A stretch of 51,125 nucleotides of DNA. Source: a virus. Its lineage: Duplodnaviria > Caudoviricetes. Position 1 is the first letter of the stretch, and the number at the start of each line of letters is the position of its first letter. The position numbers were made by a program, and so were the translations under genes. This document shows, piece by piece, positions 9,192 through 17,838 of the stretch. The stretch is from the IMG/VR virus record IMGVR_UViG_3300043433_000078, positions 1-51,125 of that record; one strand, written 5' to 3'. The notes beneath the pieces were generated by a model that had not been told where the DNA came from, made no database searches, and was given only the letters and a program-made list of their open reading frames with translations.

Positions 9192-9449
9192 ATGCCATTT
9201 TATACAGGAACAAAACCAGATTTTTCTGATATTCGAGAAGTACAAGGAATGTACATATCTGAAAATGGAAATGAATGGTCAAATCAACCATATCCAATTC
9301 ATCGAGAATTGTATAGACATTTAAGACATGTTAATTTGTCTTTTAAAGAAGCACACGAGGCCATGTTAAATGGAACTTCAAAGGCATCTAGGAGAGTACA
9401 AAAATATGTATTGGCTAATTATCATGCAATGAACCCACAAAATAGATAA
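9192..9449 (+). CDS. hypothetical protein
   Basis: ORF after a class II promoter. Confidence 0.65.
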   Translation: MPFYTGTKPDFSDIREVQGMYISENGNEWSNQPYPIHRELYRHLRHVNLSFKEAHEAMLNGTSKASRRVQKYVLANYHAMNPQNR

Positions 9450-9450
9450 T

Positions 9451-10131
9451 ATGAAGTATATCTCAATCGACATCGAAACAACTGGATTAGATCCAGAATT
9501 TAACCAGATTCTTTCAATTGGAGCAGTAATTGAAGACACTTTGAATCCTCTTCCATTTGAAGAGCTACCAAAGTTCCATGCTGTTATTAAACGTGAAAGT
9601 GTTTATGGAAGTATTTTTGCCTTGAACTTAAATAAAGATTTAATTCAAGCAATGAAGGATTATTCTGAAGCTAGAACTGAAGAACTAAAACAAGAGGTTG
9701 AGGAATCTTTTGGAGCAAAGTTTTATCATGAAGATGAGGTTGTTGAAGCATTGTATCAGTTTTGTTATAGAAATGGATTGGTTCCAGTAGATCCAGATTT
9801 CTTAAATAGACAAATAAAAGTAATTGATGGTATTGCATATCCAATCCTAACTTCAAATATGCCTAAAACCTATTTGAACTGTGCAGGTAAGAACTTTGCA
9901 GGATTTGACAAGAAATTCTTAGAGAAACTACCGAGATGGAAACAGGTATTTTCAATTCGTAGTAGAGTATTAGACCCAGGAATTCTATTTGTTGATTGGA
10001 TTAATGATGAAAGCATTCCAAGCTTAGACCAATGTAAACAACGAGCAGGAATTGAAGGTGTTGTAACTCACAATGCAGTTGAAGATGCAATGGATGTTGT
10101 TATGTTATTAAGACAATGCTACCAAGCTTAA
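9451..10131 (+). CDS. DEDDh 3'-5' exonuclease
   Basis: SIDIETTGL, N..FD..FL, HNAVEDA. Confidence 0.85.
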   Translation: MKYISIDIETTGLDPEFNQILSIGAVIEDTLNPLPFEELPKFHAVIKRESVYGSIFALNLNKDLIQAMKDYSEARTEELKQEVEESFGAKFYHEDEVVEALYQFCYRNGLVPVDPDFLNRQIKVIDGIAYPILTSNMPKTYLNCAGKNFAGFDKKFLEKLPRWKQVFSIRSRVLDPGILFVDWINDESIPSLDQCKQRAGIEGVVTHNAVEDAMDVVMLLRQCYQA

Positions 10132-10132
10132 G

Positions 10133-10459
10133 ATGGGACTACTACAAAAAATAGGATGGAAGACCAGAAAATGGAACCTTAAGTTTAACTTACTTGAGGT
10201 TTATTTACACGATGGAGATGGTTGTTGGGGATTCTCATTCTGTGAAGTGATCAAAGATTATCGACCATATTCATTATTGGCAATTGAATTTAGATTACCA
10301 AACGGAGCTGAAAGAACTAAGATTCAATGGACCAATTGGGATTTATTTTATGTAGCAACTCCATTCTATGATTGGGTTTGCGACCTACAAGAAAATGTTA
10401 TGTGGGGTCATAAACCTACGCGATTTGAAAAACTTTGTTTAAGAATATTTAATAAATAA
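10133..10459 (+). CDS. hypothetical protein
   Basis: ORF in operon context. Confidence 0.65.
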   Translation: MGLLQKIGWKTRKWNLKFNLLEVYLHDGDGCWGFSFCEVIKDYRPYSLLAIEFRLPNGAERTKIQWTNWDLFYVATPFYDWVCDLQENVMWGHKPTRFEKLCLRIFNK

Positions 10460-10462
10460 GAT

Positions 10463-11104
10463 ATGGAACCAGAAAAAGACATATTCGACCAATGGGCCGA
10501 AGAACGCGAAAAAGAATCTTGGATTGTAAGAAAACTGCGATTTATTCCATTATGGTGGGATAATGAAGGTAGGTATTATCATAAAATGTTTAGAACAGGT
10601 GTACAAAACTTAATTTATTGGTTTCCTATCATTTGGAAAGACCGTAATTGGGACTCTCACTACATCTTTGAAATCATGATGCATAAAATCAAGGCTCAAT
10701 CCGAATATATTGGAAGTAGAGATATTCATACAAGAGCCAAAAGGGATGCTGAAATCATGATGACGTGCGTTAGACTGATGAAAAAAGTACAAGATGATTT
10801 CTACAGTTCAGAGTACTTTGATTATCATAAAACAAAACATTGGTTCGAGGACGTACCTGGAAAAGAGGGTTATAGTTCGTGGGAATCTCGTTTAATGGAA
10901 GAGAACTTTGACGATTTCTTTAAGAAATATCCATTAATCTATAAGAAGGTAATAAATGGCGAAAGAGTTTTTAAATTTGACAATGTTGTCGATACTGAAA
11001 GTAAACAGCGAATTGCAATGAATATTGGGCATATTAATCATAATCGTGCTAATAAATTGCTGTTTAAATTAATGGAAGAAAATATGCAAAAATGGTGGGA
11101 TTAA
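10463..11104 (+). CDS. conserved phage hypothetical protein (W.DRxWD ... WWD C-terminus)
   Basis: ORF with motif pattern typical of phage proteins. Confidence 0.7.
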   Translation: MEPEKDIFDQWAEEREKESWIVRKLRFIPLWWDNEGRYYHKMFRTGVQNLIYWFPIIWKDRNWDSHYIFEIMMHKIKAQSEYIGSRDIHTRAKRDAEIMMTCVRLMKKVQDDFYSSEYFDYHKTKHWFEDVPGKEGYSSWESRLMEENFDDFFKKYPLIYKKVINGERVFKFDNVVDTESKQRIAMNIGHINHNRANKLLFKLMEENMQKWWD

Positions 11105-11247
11105 TAATTGTAGCAGTATTTGTAGTTGTTTGGATATGGATTTTCTATCAACTATATAAAGCGCCTCAGGTAGATGATAACGATGAGATAATTGAAGAGA
11201 ATGATTCGTTTCTTGATTTTGAAGAGGACGAAGAATTTTTAAATTAA
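11092..11247 (+). CDS. small membrane protein with acidic tail
   Basis: MVGLIIVAVFVVVWIWIFY...DDNDEIIEE; below the ORF-track cutoff. Confidence 0.5.
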   Translation: MVGLIIVAVFVVVWIWIFYQLYKAPQVDDNDEIIEENDSFLDFEEDEEFLN

Positions 11248-11315
11248 CATAAATTTAACACTCCAGATTTTTTAGTCTGGAGTTTTTTGTTTATATTTAC
11301 ATATCAAATTAAAAA
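11244..11315 (+). promoter_or_regulatory. class I promoter with embedded terminator hairpin
   Basis: ACTCCAGA...TCTGGAGT-TTTTT, near-identical to the copy at 4.32 kb. Confidence 0.7.
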
Positions 11316-11317
11316 TT

Positions 11318-11758
11318 ATGACCCGAATTAATGCACATATCCCTCCAGCAAAACTATGCGATCAGCATCTTGTTGCAGAATATCGAGAAATCTTAAGAAC
11401 AAATGCACTTGCAATTAAAAGAGCCAGAAAGGAAGGCCGTCAAATGTTGAAGAATATCCAACAAACCTTTACACTTGGAGGTGGACATGTTACATTCTTT
11501 TATGATAAATTGAAGTATATACACCTCAGGTTTGATTCACTCAGGAGTGAGATGATTAATCGAGGTATGAACGCTACAATTGAATGGCGGTTGGATGAAC
11601 TTGATGAATTTCAATGGTTATATAATGACTGGCCTGAAGATTTTGTAGCAAATCAATTAATTGTTACAAGAATTCTTGAAAGAGCCAGAACTATGAAAAA
11701 GATTTCGCACACTTCGAAAAACATTGACTTTGAAACTTATTTTAATATTTTAACATAA
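11318..11758 (+). CDS. denV: pyrimidine dimer DNA glycosylase / endonuclease V
   Basis: MTRIN, DQHLVAEYRE, LGGGHVTFFYDKL.Y. Confidence 0.92.
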   Translation: MTRINAHIPPAKLCDQHLVAEYREILRTNALAIKRARKEGRQMLKNIQQTFTLGGGHVTFFYDKLKYIHLRFDSLRSEMINRGMNATIEWRLDELDEFQWLYNDWPEDFVANQLIVTRILERARTMKKISHTSKNIDFETYFNILT

Positions 11759-11826
11759 ATTTAACATAAAAAGTTTTACCGATTCAAATATTATGTTTAT
11801 ATTTACATATCAAATTAAAACAAACG
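11749..11826 (+). promoter_or_regulatory. class I promoter
   Basis: Full consensus copy. Confidence 0.75.
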
Positions 11827-11830
11827 TATT

Positions 11831-12169
11831 ATGACAAGAACACAAACTATCGGATTAATTGAAGTAACTAGCCAAACTCAAGCAAACAATGGAACTCAAT
11901 GTTTTCATGACCCAATTACAGGTTGCGATTATATTAGTTATGAAAGTGGTTATGTTCGTAGAAAATTCAAAACAACTTCATGGAGAACTGGAAAGAAATT
12001 GTTTGTAATTTATCAATTGAATAAAACAAGAAAAGTTCAGCGTGAATTAGAATGGATGCCTGGTAAATTTGTTGAATGCACTGAAAGAATCTTAGAAATG
12101 AATCCAGAGAAAAGAATCGATACAGTAGTTAGAGCTACCGTAAATTATAGAAAACACTTAAACAAATAA
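11831..12169 (+). CDS. hypothetical protein
   Basis: ORF after promoter. Confidence 0.7.
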   Translation: MTRTQTIGLIEVTSQTQANNGTQCFHDPITGCDYISYESGYVRRKFKTTSWRTGKKLFVIYQLNKTRKVQRELEWMPGKFVECTERILEMNPEKRIDTVVRATVNYRKHLNK

Positions 12170-12172
12170 AAA

Positions 12173-12463
12173 ATGGAAAATAAGAAAATCACAACAGTCG
12201 AACAGTTCATTGAAATGGTTTCAAAGGACTATCAATTTAATCCAAATCATCCAGATTACTGTGGATTTATCAATATTGACCCAAAAACAACATTTGAAAT
12301 TGGTGGTGGAGATTACAGGGAGGCTGCAATGAAAGTAGCAATGAATCCAGATGCTTTTGAGAAAACTGCAAATAAGTATGGTTTAACTATTGAATCTGCT
12401 TTCGAAGATGAATTAATCTTTGCTGAATTGAGTCCACGTCCAAGAATAAATCAATTATACTAA
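12173..12463 (+). CDS. hypothetical protein
   Basis: ORF in operon context. Confidence 0.65.
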   Translation: MENKKITTVEQFIEMVSKDYQFNPNHPDYCGFINIDPKTTFEIGGGDYREAAMKVAMNPDAFEKTANKYGLTIESAFEDELIFAELSPRPRINQLY

Positions 12464-13068
12464 TGAAACTATACACACAAAAACAGGTTGAAGAACTTCT
12501 AGAAACTCAAAGAGGTAATTGTTATGTTGCAGTCTCTAATGCACTTAGAGATAATGCTGATGGGCCTTTTACTGCAGAAACAATAGCATCTGCTGCAATT
12601 ATTGCACCTCAGCCCGCCGGAGAACAATTTGATCAAATGTATGGAATTGACCCAGAGCAATTGTTTAATGAAGATTTGGATGATCGAGAATTACAAAATA
12701 ACTATGATGGTTTTAAAATGAGCCGTGATATTTGGAAAGAAAAGTACAATGAATTGGTCCCAGAAATCAATTCGCTAATTAAAAGAATTGTAAATCTGAA
12801 GGAATTGATAGTTACTCAAGCAGTTCAAGGAATTTCAAATACTGAAAGCGTTAAAAGATTGGCAAAGTTGGATGAAAAATTCACAAAATTGACCGAAGTT
12901 GCTGATAAACATAAAGCAAAAATGTATGAAGAGGACGAATTCATTAAGAAATATAAAGATTGGAACGAGCGTAAATTATTTATGCATTGGAAATATTTAA
13001 CACACCTAAAGGTTACGAATATTCCATGGATGGATTGGAAGAAACAATACATTGATACGATGATATAA
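12463..13068 (+). CDS. hypothetical coiled-coil protein
   Basis: ORF; TAATG overlap. Confidence 0.7.
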   Translation: MKLYTQKQVEELLETQRGNCYVAVSNALRDNADGPFTAETIASAAIIAPQPAGEQFDQMYGIDPEQLFNEDLDDRELQNNYDGFKMSRDIWKEKYNELVPEINSLIKRIVNLKELIVTQAVQGISNTESVKRLAKLDEKFTKLTEVADKHKAKMYEEDEFIKKYKDWNERKLFMHWKYLTHLKVTNIPWMDWKKQYIDTMI

Positions 13069-13146
13069 TAAATAGATCCACTACAAAACGAGGCGCCAAA
13101 TTAATCTCGACTTGTACTGTCTGGCAGGTCAGACTGGATTTATGGA

Positions 13147-13227
13147 AGTTAGGTATTGCGTAATGGGAAAGTGGTATCTCACCCTGAAAAGGTTGCAACG
13201 TCGTTGGTTCGAATCCAACCCTAACTA
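13147..13227 (+). ncRNA. tRNA-like element 1 (distorted body, Phe-type CTGAAAA loop on a 3-bp stem)
   Basis: Acceptor AGTTAGG/CCTAACT+A; T arm GTTGG-TTCGAAT-CCAAC; D and anticodon region non-canonical. Confidence 0.65.
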
Positions 13228-13277
13228 CAATAGAGTTTTGCCTAGCAATACGTCACTCTTTAAAAGATCGAATGCTA

Positions 13278-13380
13278 AGTCAGGTGGCGGAATTGGTATA
13301 CGCTAAATCACCTCAAGCAGAATAGCCGGTAGACGTGGGTGACGTGCAAAGGCTTACAGGTTCGAATCCTGTCCTGACTA
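13278..13380 (+). ncRNA. tRNA-like element 2 (Leu-type body, no canonical anticodon arm)
   Basis: AGTCAGG/CCTGACT+A; D arm GGCGGAATTGGTATACGC; T arm ACAGG-TTCGAAT-CCTGT. Confidence 0.7.
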
Positions 13381-13538
13381 CAATGAGTTGATTACTCAGA
13401 TGGATGTATCTATCCTGAAAGATACCGACATACTCTTGGGCGCAGGCAAGGGCGGGTTTTTGAAATTTAGTTTCGCTGTTATGGAAACTAAGCTCGGAGG
13501 GCAACATACTTCGTGAGGTCTCATCAACCATAATTGCA

Positions 13539-13638
13539 GGTCAGGTGGCGGAATTGGTAGACGCATTGTAAATAGCTAGCAAGTATTGGTAAGTGTAACT
13601 GTAGCCGGTACGAACAGGTTCGAATCCTGTCCTGACCA
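13539..13638 (+). ncRNA. tRNA-like element 3 (Leu-type body, no canonical anticodon arm)
   Basis: GGTCAGG/CCTGACC+A; D arm GGCGGAATTGGTAGACGC; same T arm as element 2. Confidence 0.7.
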
Positions 13639-13877
13639 CAAATCGACGATGTGAACTATCTGTAGTATCTACAGACGCTATGAACAAACATAGAACTTAT
13701 TCGTAAGTTATGGAATAAATGAGTTGCAGTTCGGATTTGAACCTTAAAAAAGGTACTGCTTTAATGATATGTAGATTCAGAATAGTTTTTAATTATTTAG
13801 ATACCTGAACCATTCAAAGAAGTTTTATCATGTGATGATAGTTTTTAGCCAAGGCAGAAATTTTTTGAATCACAAAC

Positions 13878-13978
13878 GGTTGTGTGGTGTAAAAGGTGAC
13901 ACTTCCTCAAAGGGAATAGAACGAACTCGAGATACTTCTATTTTTTGGAAATTGCAGGTTCGAATCCTGTCGCGACCA
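13878..13978 (+). ncRNA. tRNA-like element 4 (anticodon arm replaced by a long hairpin)
   Basis: GGTTGTG/CGCGACC+A; D arm GTGTAAAAGGTGACAC; hairpin TTCC..AATAGAA/TTCTATT..GGAA; T arm GCAGG-TTCGAAT-CCTGT. Confidence 0.7.
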
Positions 13979-13982
13979 CAAA

Positions 13983-14066
13983 TTGTTAATAACTTTTTGA
14001 AAATACTTTGAAAAAAGTTTTCGGAATTCAAAAAGAATGATTATATTTACATATCAAATTAAAACA
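13983..14066 (+). promoter_or_regulatory. class I promoter
   Basis: AAAAGTTTTCGG...TTATATTTACATATCAAATTAAAAC. Confidence 0.75.
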
Positions 14067-14068
14067 AT

Positions 14069-15361
14069 ATGAAATTACAAGACATTCAAAACTTCGTTAC
14101 TGAGTCGAATCAAACTAACTCAAACACTGACAAATTAAACATACTTAAAAAGTATGCTGACAATGAATCAGTTTGTATGGCTCTTAACTACACTTACAAT
14201 ACTTTCAAACAGTATGGAGTTACTTCAGAAAACTGTAAAAAGAATTCTAAATTAATTAGTTATGGTTATACAGATCTATCAAAATTGCTTGATGATTTGA
14301 ACGACCGATTTATTACAGGACATACTGCAATTAGTTGTGTAAATGGATTCGTAGAAGCAAACAAGGCATACGAGGAGTTGATTTTTAATATCATTGATAG
14401 AAACCTTAAAACCAGATCAACAACCTCGATGATTAACAAGGTGATCCCTGGATTAATTCCAACATTTGATGTTGCCCTAGCAAATTCTTATGATGAGAAA
14501 ATGGCCAAGAAAGTTAACCTTAATGATGATGTTTGGTTTGTTAGTCGTAAATTGGATGGCTGTCGTTGTATTTGTATCATCGATGAGAATGGAGAACCTA
14601 AGTATTTCTCAAGAGCTGGAAATGAATTCATGACCCTGAAAAATTTAGATGCTGAGATTATCTCATTAGGACTAAAAAATATGGTTATTGATGGAGAGAT
14701 TTGTATGATGGACGAAAACGGAAACGAGAATTTTCAAGGTATCATTAAAGAAATCAAACGTAAGGACCATTCAATCGAGAATCCTTTCTTTTATATGTTT
14801 GATATTTTAACAATGGAGGAATTCATTAATAAAGAGGGTACAACTCAATTTGCAATTAGAAATGTTCAATTAGATAATTTATTCTACGAAAAAGAATTTA
14901 AGAATATTGGTTATTTAGAACAAACAATCCTTCTTGACGAAAGAATGTTAATGTTAAAAGTTGCAAACGCAAAAGAAAACGGATGGGAAGGACTTATGTT
15001 ACGTAAAGATGCTCCATATCAAGGAAAACGTAGTAATGATGTTCTTAAAGTAAAACAATTTTATGATGCAGAATATATAGTAGTTGACATCGAGAATGCA
15101 GTTAACCGTGTTATTGTTGACGGTAAAGAGGTTGAAGAGATGATGATGCGAAATGTAGTGATAGAACATAAAGGAAGCCGCGTTCAAGTTGGTAGTGGAT
15201 TCAATCACGAACAGAAACGTTATTATTTCGAGCATCCAGAAGAAATTCTTGGAAAGGAAGTTACTGTGTCCTATTTTGAAGAAACACACAATCAAAATGG
15301 AGGAACAAGTTTAAGATTCCCAACTTTCAAGGGAGTCTATGAAGGCAAAAGAGATTTTTAG
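14069..15361 (+). CDS. lig: ATP-dependent DNA ligase
   Basis: KLDGCR, IDGEI, FDIL, EGLMLRK, KRS..VLKVK, VGSGF, SLRFP. Confidence 0.93.
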   Translation: MKLQDIQNFVTESNQTNSNTDKLNILKKYADNESVCMALNYTYNTFKQYGVTSENCKKNSKLISYGYTDLSKLLDDLNDRFITGHTAISCVNGFVEANKAYEELIFNIIDRNLKTRSTTSMINKVIPGLIPTFDVALANSYDEKMAKKVNLNDDVWFVSRKLDGCRCICIIDENGEPKYFSRAGNEFMTLKNLDAEIISLGLKNMVIDGEICMMDENGNENFQGIIKEIKRKDHSIENPFFYMFDILTMEEFINKEGTTQFAIRNVQLDNLFYEKEFKNIGYLEQTILLDERMLMLKVANAKENGWEGLMLRKDAPYQGKRSNDVLKVKQFYDAEYIVVDIENAVNRVIVDGKEVEEMMMRNVVIEHKGSRVQVGSGFNHEQKRYYFEHPEEILGKEVTVSYFEETHNQNGGTSLRFPTFKGVYEGKRDF

Positions 15362-15393
15362 AATATTTTGAGGAAACCATAGATATATAATAT

Positions 15394-16056
15394 ATGAAAG
15401 AATACTATATATATGTCTATAAAGACCCTAGAAACAATGAAATAAAATACGTAGGAAAAGGAAGGGGTGATAGAATGTTTCAACATTGGAAAATTCGTAA
15501 TCATCATGGAAACAAGATGTTTAGGAAATTTATGCTTGAACTAGATTTAATATCGATGGAGCCAATAATAGAAGTTATTGAAAACAACTTAAAAAATTCA
15601 GAAGCATATATTAAAGAGTTTGAATTAATTAAGAAATATGGAAGAATAGATATTGAAGAAAATGGAATTCTGTGCAATAGGTCTATCGGTTTCGAACATT
15701 TTAATATTCCTGAAGGAATGAATATTGAAACATATTTAGATGACAGGAGACATAGTAACTACAAGCAATTAGACGATGATACAATACATATAATATGTTC
15801 AATGTATTTAAGCGGCGATGGACTAGTTTCAATTGCAAAAGTTTTAAATATGGGACCGGATAAAATTAAAGAAGTTCTTTTTAAAAGAGGGATTGAACTA
15901 AGAAAAAGAGGAGGTCAAACAGGTTCTGCCAATGGAATGTATGGCGTTAAAAGAACAAACAATGCGCATTTCACTGGTAAAAAACATACAGAAGAATCTA
16001 AGTTAAAAATTTCTGCTTCTTTAAAAAGAACTAGAGAATTAAAAAGCGATTTATGA
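15394..16056 (+). CDS. GIY-YIG homing endonuclease with NUMOD3 motif, free-standing
   Basis: YIYVYKDP...YVGKG...R; NGMYG...GKKHTEESKLKIS. Confidence 0.8.
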   Translation: MKEYYIYVYKDPRNNEIKYVGKGRGDRMFQHWKIRNHHGNKMFRKFMLELDLISMEPIIEVIENNLKNSEAYIKEFELIKKYGRIDIEENGILCNRSIGFEHFNIPEGMNIETYLDDRRHSNYKQLDDDTIHIICSMYLSGDGLVSIAKVLNMGPDKIKEVLFKRGIELRKRGGQTGSANGMYGVKRTNNAHFTGKKHTEESKLKISASLKRTRELKSDL

Positions 16057-16286
16057 TGGTAGAAGAGATTATTAATTCTTTCTTAGAAAGAAATTCATTT
16101 AAGATGGTTTGTCCAAATAAATGGGCAAATGATAAATGTATGATAACTCTATTAGAAAATTGTTATCAAATACAATTTACTAATTTTGATGGAGATTGGG
16201 AATTCTTTACAGATTCTCTGCACATTCCATCATTGGTAGGAACATTAACATGGAACGATTTATTAGACCGAAATTACTCAAAATAA
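16053..16286 (+). CDS. hypothetical protein
   Basis: ORF; ATGA overlap. Confidence 0.6.
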   Translation: MMVEEIINSFLERNSFKMVCPNKWANDKCMITLLENCYQIQFTNFDGDWEFFTDSLHIPSLVGTLTWNDLLDRNYSK

Positions 16287-16287
16287 G

Positions 16288-16620
16288 ATGACAATTAGAA
16301 ACTATAAAAAAGCATATTGGATTGGTAAGGACTCTTTTGGCAAAATGATTTATGCTGGAGATATGGTCGAGGTTTGGTCGCCAATGGAAACTCGAACACC
16401 ACATCAATCTAGGGTTCTCTGGAATCGAATAGATGGCGCTTTTATTGAAGCGCATCCGGCTCATATTAAAATGGAGGGAAAACCTCATCATAGAGATTTA
16501 AGATACTACTTTGATGATACTCCAATTCCTATCTGGGAATATAACCCTGATGGAGAAGATAAAATCGTTCGACACGAAAAAGGTTACGTAAAGAAGGTTA
16601 AATCATTTTATAATGAATAG
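16288..16620 (+). CDS. hypothetical protein (weak YopX-like GK.IY.GD motif)
   Basis: ORF; KDSFGKMIYAGDMV. Confidence 0.65.
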   Translation: MTIRNYKKAYWIGKDSFGKMIYAGDMVEVWSPMETRTPHQSRVLWNRIDGAFIEAHPAHIKMEGKPHHRDLRYYFDDTPIPIWEYNPDGEDKIVRHEKGYVKKVKSFYNE

Positions 16621-16831
16621 TATAGCTAAATTTATAAAGTTTCTAAAAGAAGACTTTTGGAATTATATGCAATCACTTCCTAAATGTAAAAAAGGAGGGT
16701 ATTGCAATCAAGACCGCGAAGAATATTATGTCAATGATATTCAGGCTGGAAATAGAAACACAATTGTCCATGGCTATAAATATTATTGCAATAAATGTGG
16801 TAATAATACAACAGAATTTGGTAAGTTTTAA
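16613..16831 (+). CDS. hypothetical Cys-containing protein
   Basis: ORF with CNKCG. Confidence 0.6.
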   Translation: MNSIAKFIKFLKEDFWNYMQSLPKCKKGGYCNQDREEYYVNDIQAGNRNTIVHGYKYYCNKCGNNTTEFGKF

Positions 16832-16842
16832 ATATAACTAGT

Positions 16843-17079
16843 ATGGAACAAGGATTAATTTTAGAAGAGGCAAAATTTAGATTCTCTCAAGATGCAAATT
16901 GTTTATCAGACAATGAATATGAATTTATTGAGGTTAAAGCCCAAAGTTCATTAGGAATTGATAGGGATGGAGAATGTTTCTTTGTCTTAAAAACAGAAGC
17001 TTGGTCGATCGATAATGTAGAAGACCTTGACAAATTATTTAATAGAATTAGAAAAGTAGTAGAAAATGGAAAAAAGTAA
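16843..17079 (+). CDS. hypothetical protein, copy 1
   Basis: Identical to 17341..17577. Confidence 0.7.
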   Translation: MEQGLILEEAKFRFSQDANCLSDNEYEFIEVKAQSSLGIDRDGECFFVLKTEAWSIDNVEDLDKLFNRIRKVVENGKK

Positions 17080-17281
17080 AGTGTTTGTTGCTCCTGAATT
17101 CAGGACTAATGTATTATCATCAATTCCAGGAGGAAGTGTAGTTGAAGTTCATTATGAAAAACGTATTAAGGTGTATGATAACATCAAGAATCCAAAGGCA
17201 TACGTCAAGTATCTTGAAAGTAATTCATCAGAACCTATCATTAAAGTGTTGGTTGACGGTAATGAAACCAAATTTAATTAA
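17066..17281 (+). CDS. hypothetical protein, copy 1
   Basis: Identical to 17564..17779. Confidence 0.7.
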   Translation: MEKSKVFVAPEFRTNVLSSIPGGSVVEVHYEKRIKVYDNIKNPKAYVKYLESNSSEPIIKVLVDGNETKFN

Positions 17282-17340
17282 ATATTTTTGAAACAATACT
17301 AAAAACTCTTATATAAATTAAGAATTTAAAAATCTAAACA

Positions 17341-17577
17341 ATGGAACAAGGATTAATTTTAGAAGAGGCAAAATTTAGATTCTCTCAAGATGCAAATTGT
17401 TTATCAGACAATGAATATGAATTTATTGAGGTTAAAGCCCAAAGTTCATTAGGAATTGATAGGGATGGAGAATGTTTCTTTGTCTTAAAAACAGAAGCTT
17501 GGTCGATCGATAATGTAGAAGACCTTGACAAATTATTTAATAGAATTAGAAAAGTAGTAGAAAATGGAAAAAAGTAA
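17341..17577 (+). CDS. hypothetical protein, copy 2
   Basis: Duplicate of 16843..17079. Confidence 0.6.
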   Translation: MEQGLILEEAKFRFSQDANCLSDNEYEFIEVKAQSSLGIDRDGECFFVLKTEAWSIDNVEDLDKLFNRIRKVVENGKK

Positions 17578-17779
17578 AGTGTTTGTTGCTCCTGAATTCA
17601 GGACTAATGTATTATCATCAATTCCAGGAGGAAGTGTAGTTGAAGTTCATTATGAAAAACGTATTAAGGTGTATGATAACATCAAGAATCCAAAGGCATA
17701 CGTCAAGTATCTTGAAAGTAATTCATCAGAACCTATCATTAAAGTGTTGGTTGACGGTAATGAAACCAAATTTAATTAA
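17564..17779 (+). CDS. hypothetical protein, copy 2
   Basis: Duplicate of 17066..17281. Confidence 0.6.
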   Translation: MEKSKVFVAPEFRTNVLSSIPGGSVVEVHYEKRIKVYDNIKNPKAYVKYLESNSSEPIIKVLVDGNETKFN

Positions 17780-17838
17780 ATATTTTTGAAACAATACTAA
17801 AAACTCTTATATAAATTAAGAATTTAAAAATCTAAACA

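Larger units (their letters stand above)
16843..17838 (+). repeat. exact 498-bp tandem duplication (16843-17340 = 17341-17838)
   Basis: Two identical ORF pairs offset by 498 bp; ATGGAACAA at 16843, 17341 and 17839. Confidence 0.95.

Noticed and set aside
13112-13531. ORFs 13112..13306 and 13313..13531, and likewise 18718..18927
   Set aside because: They overlap tRNA-like structural elements, have atypical composition and lack A-rich leaders.
13147-13978. tmRNA or standard intron-containing tRNAs
   Set aside because: There is no Ala G3:U70 acceptor or tag ORF; the inserts are too short for self-splicing introns, and I could not rebuild canonical anticodon arms.
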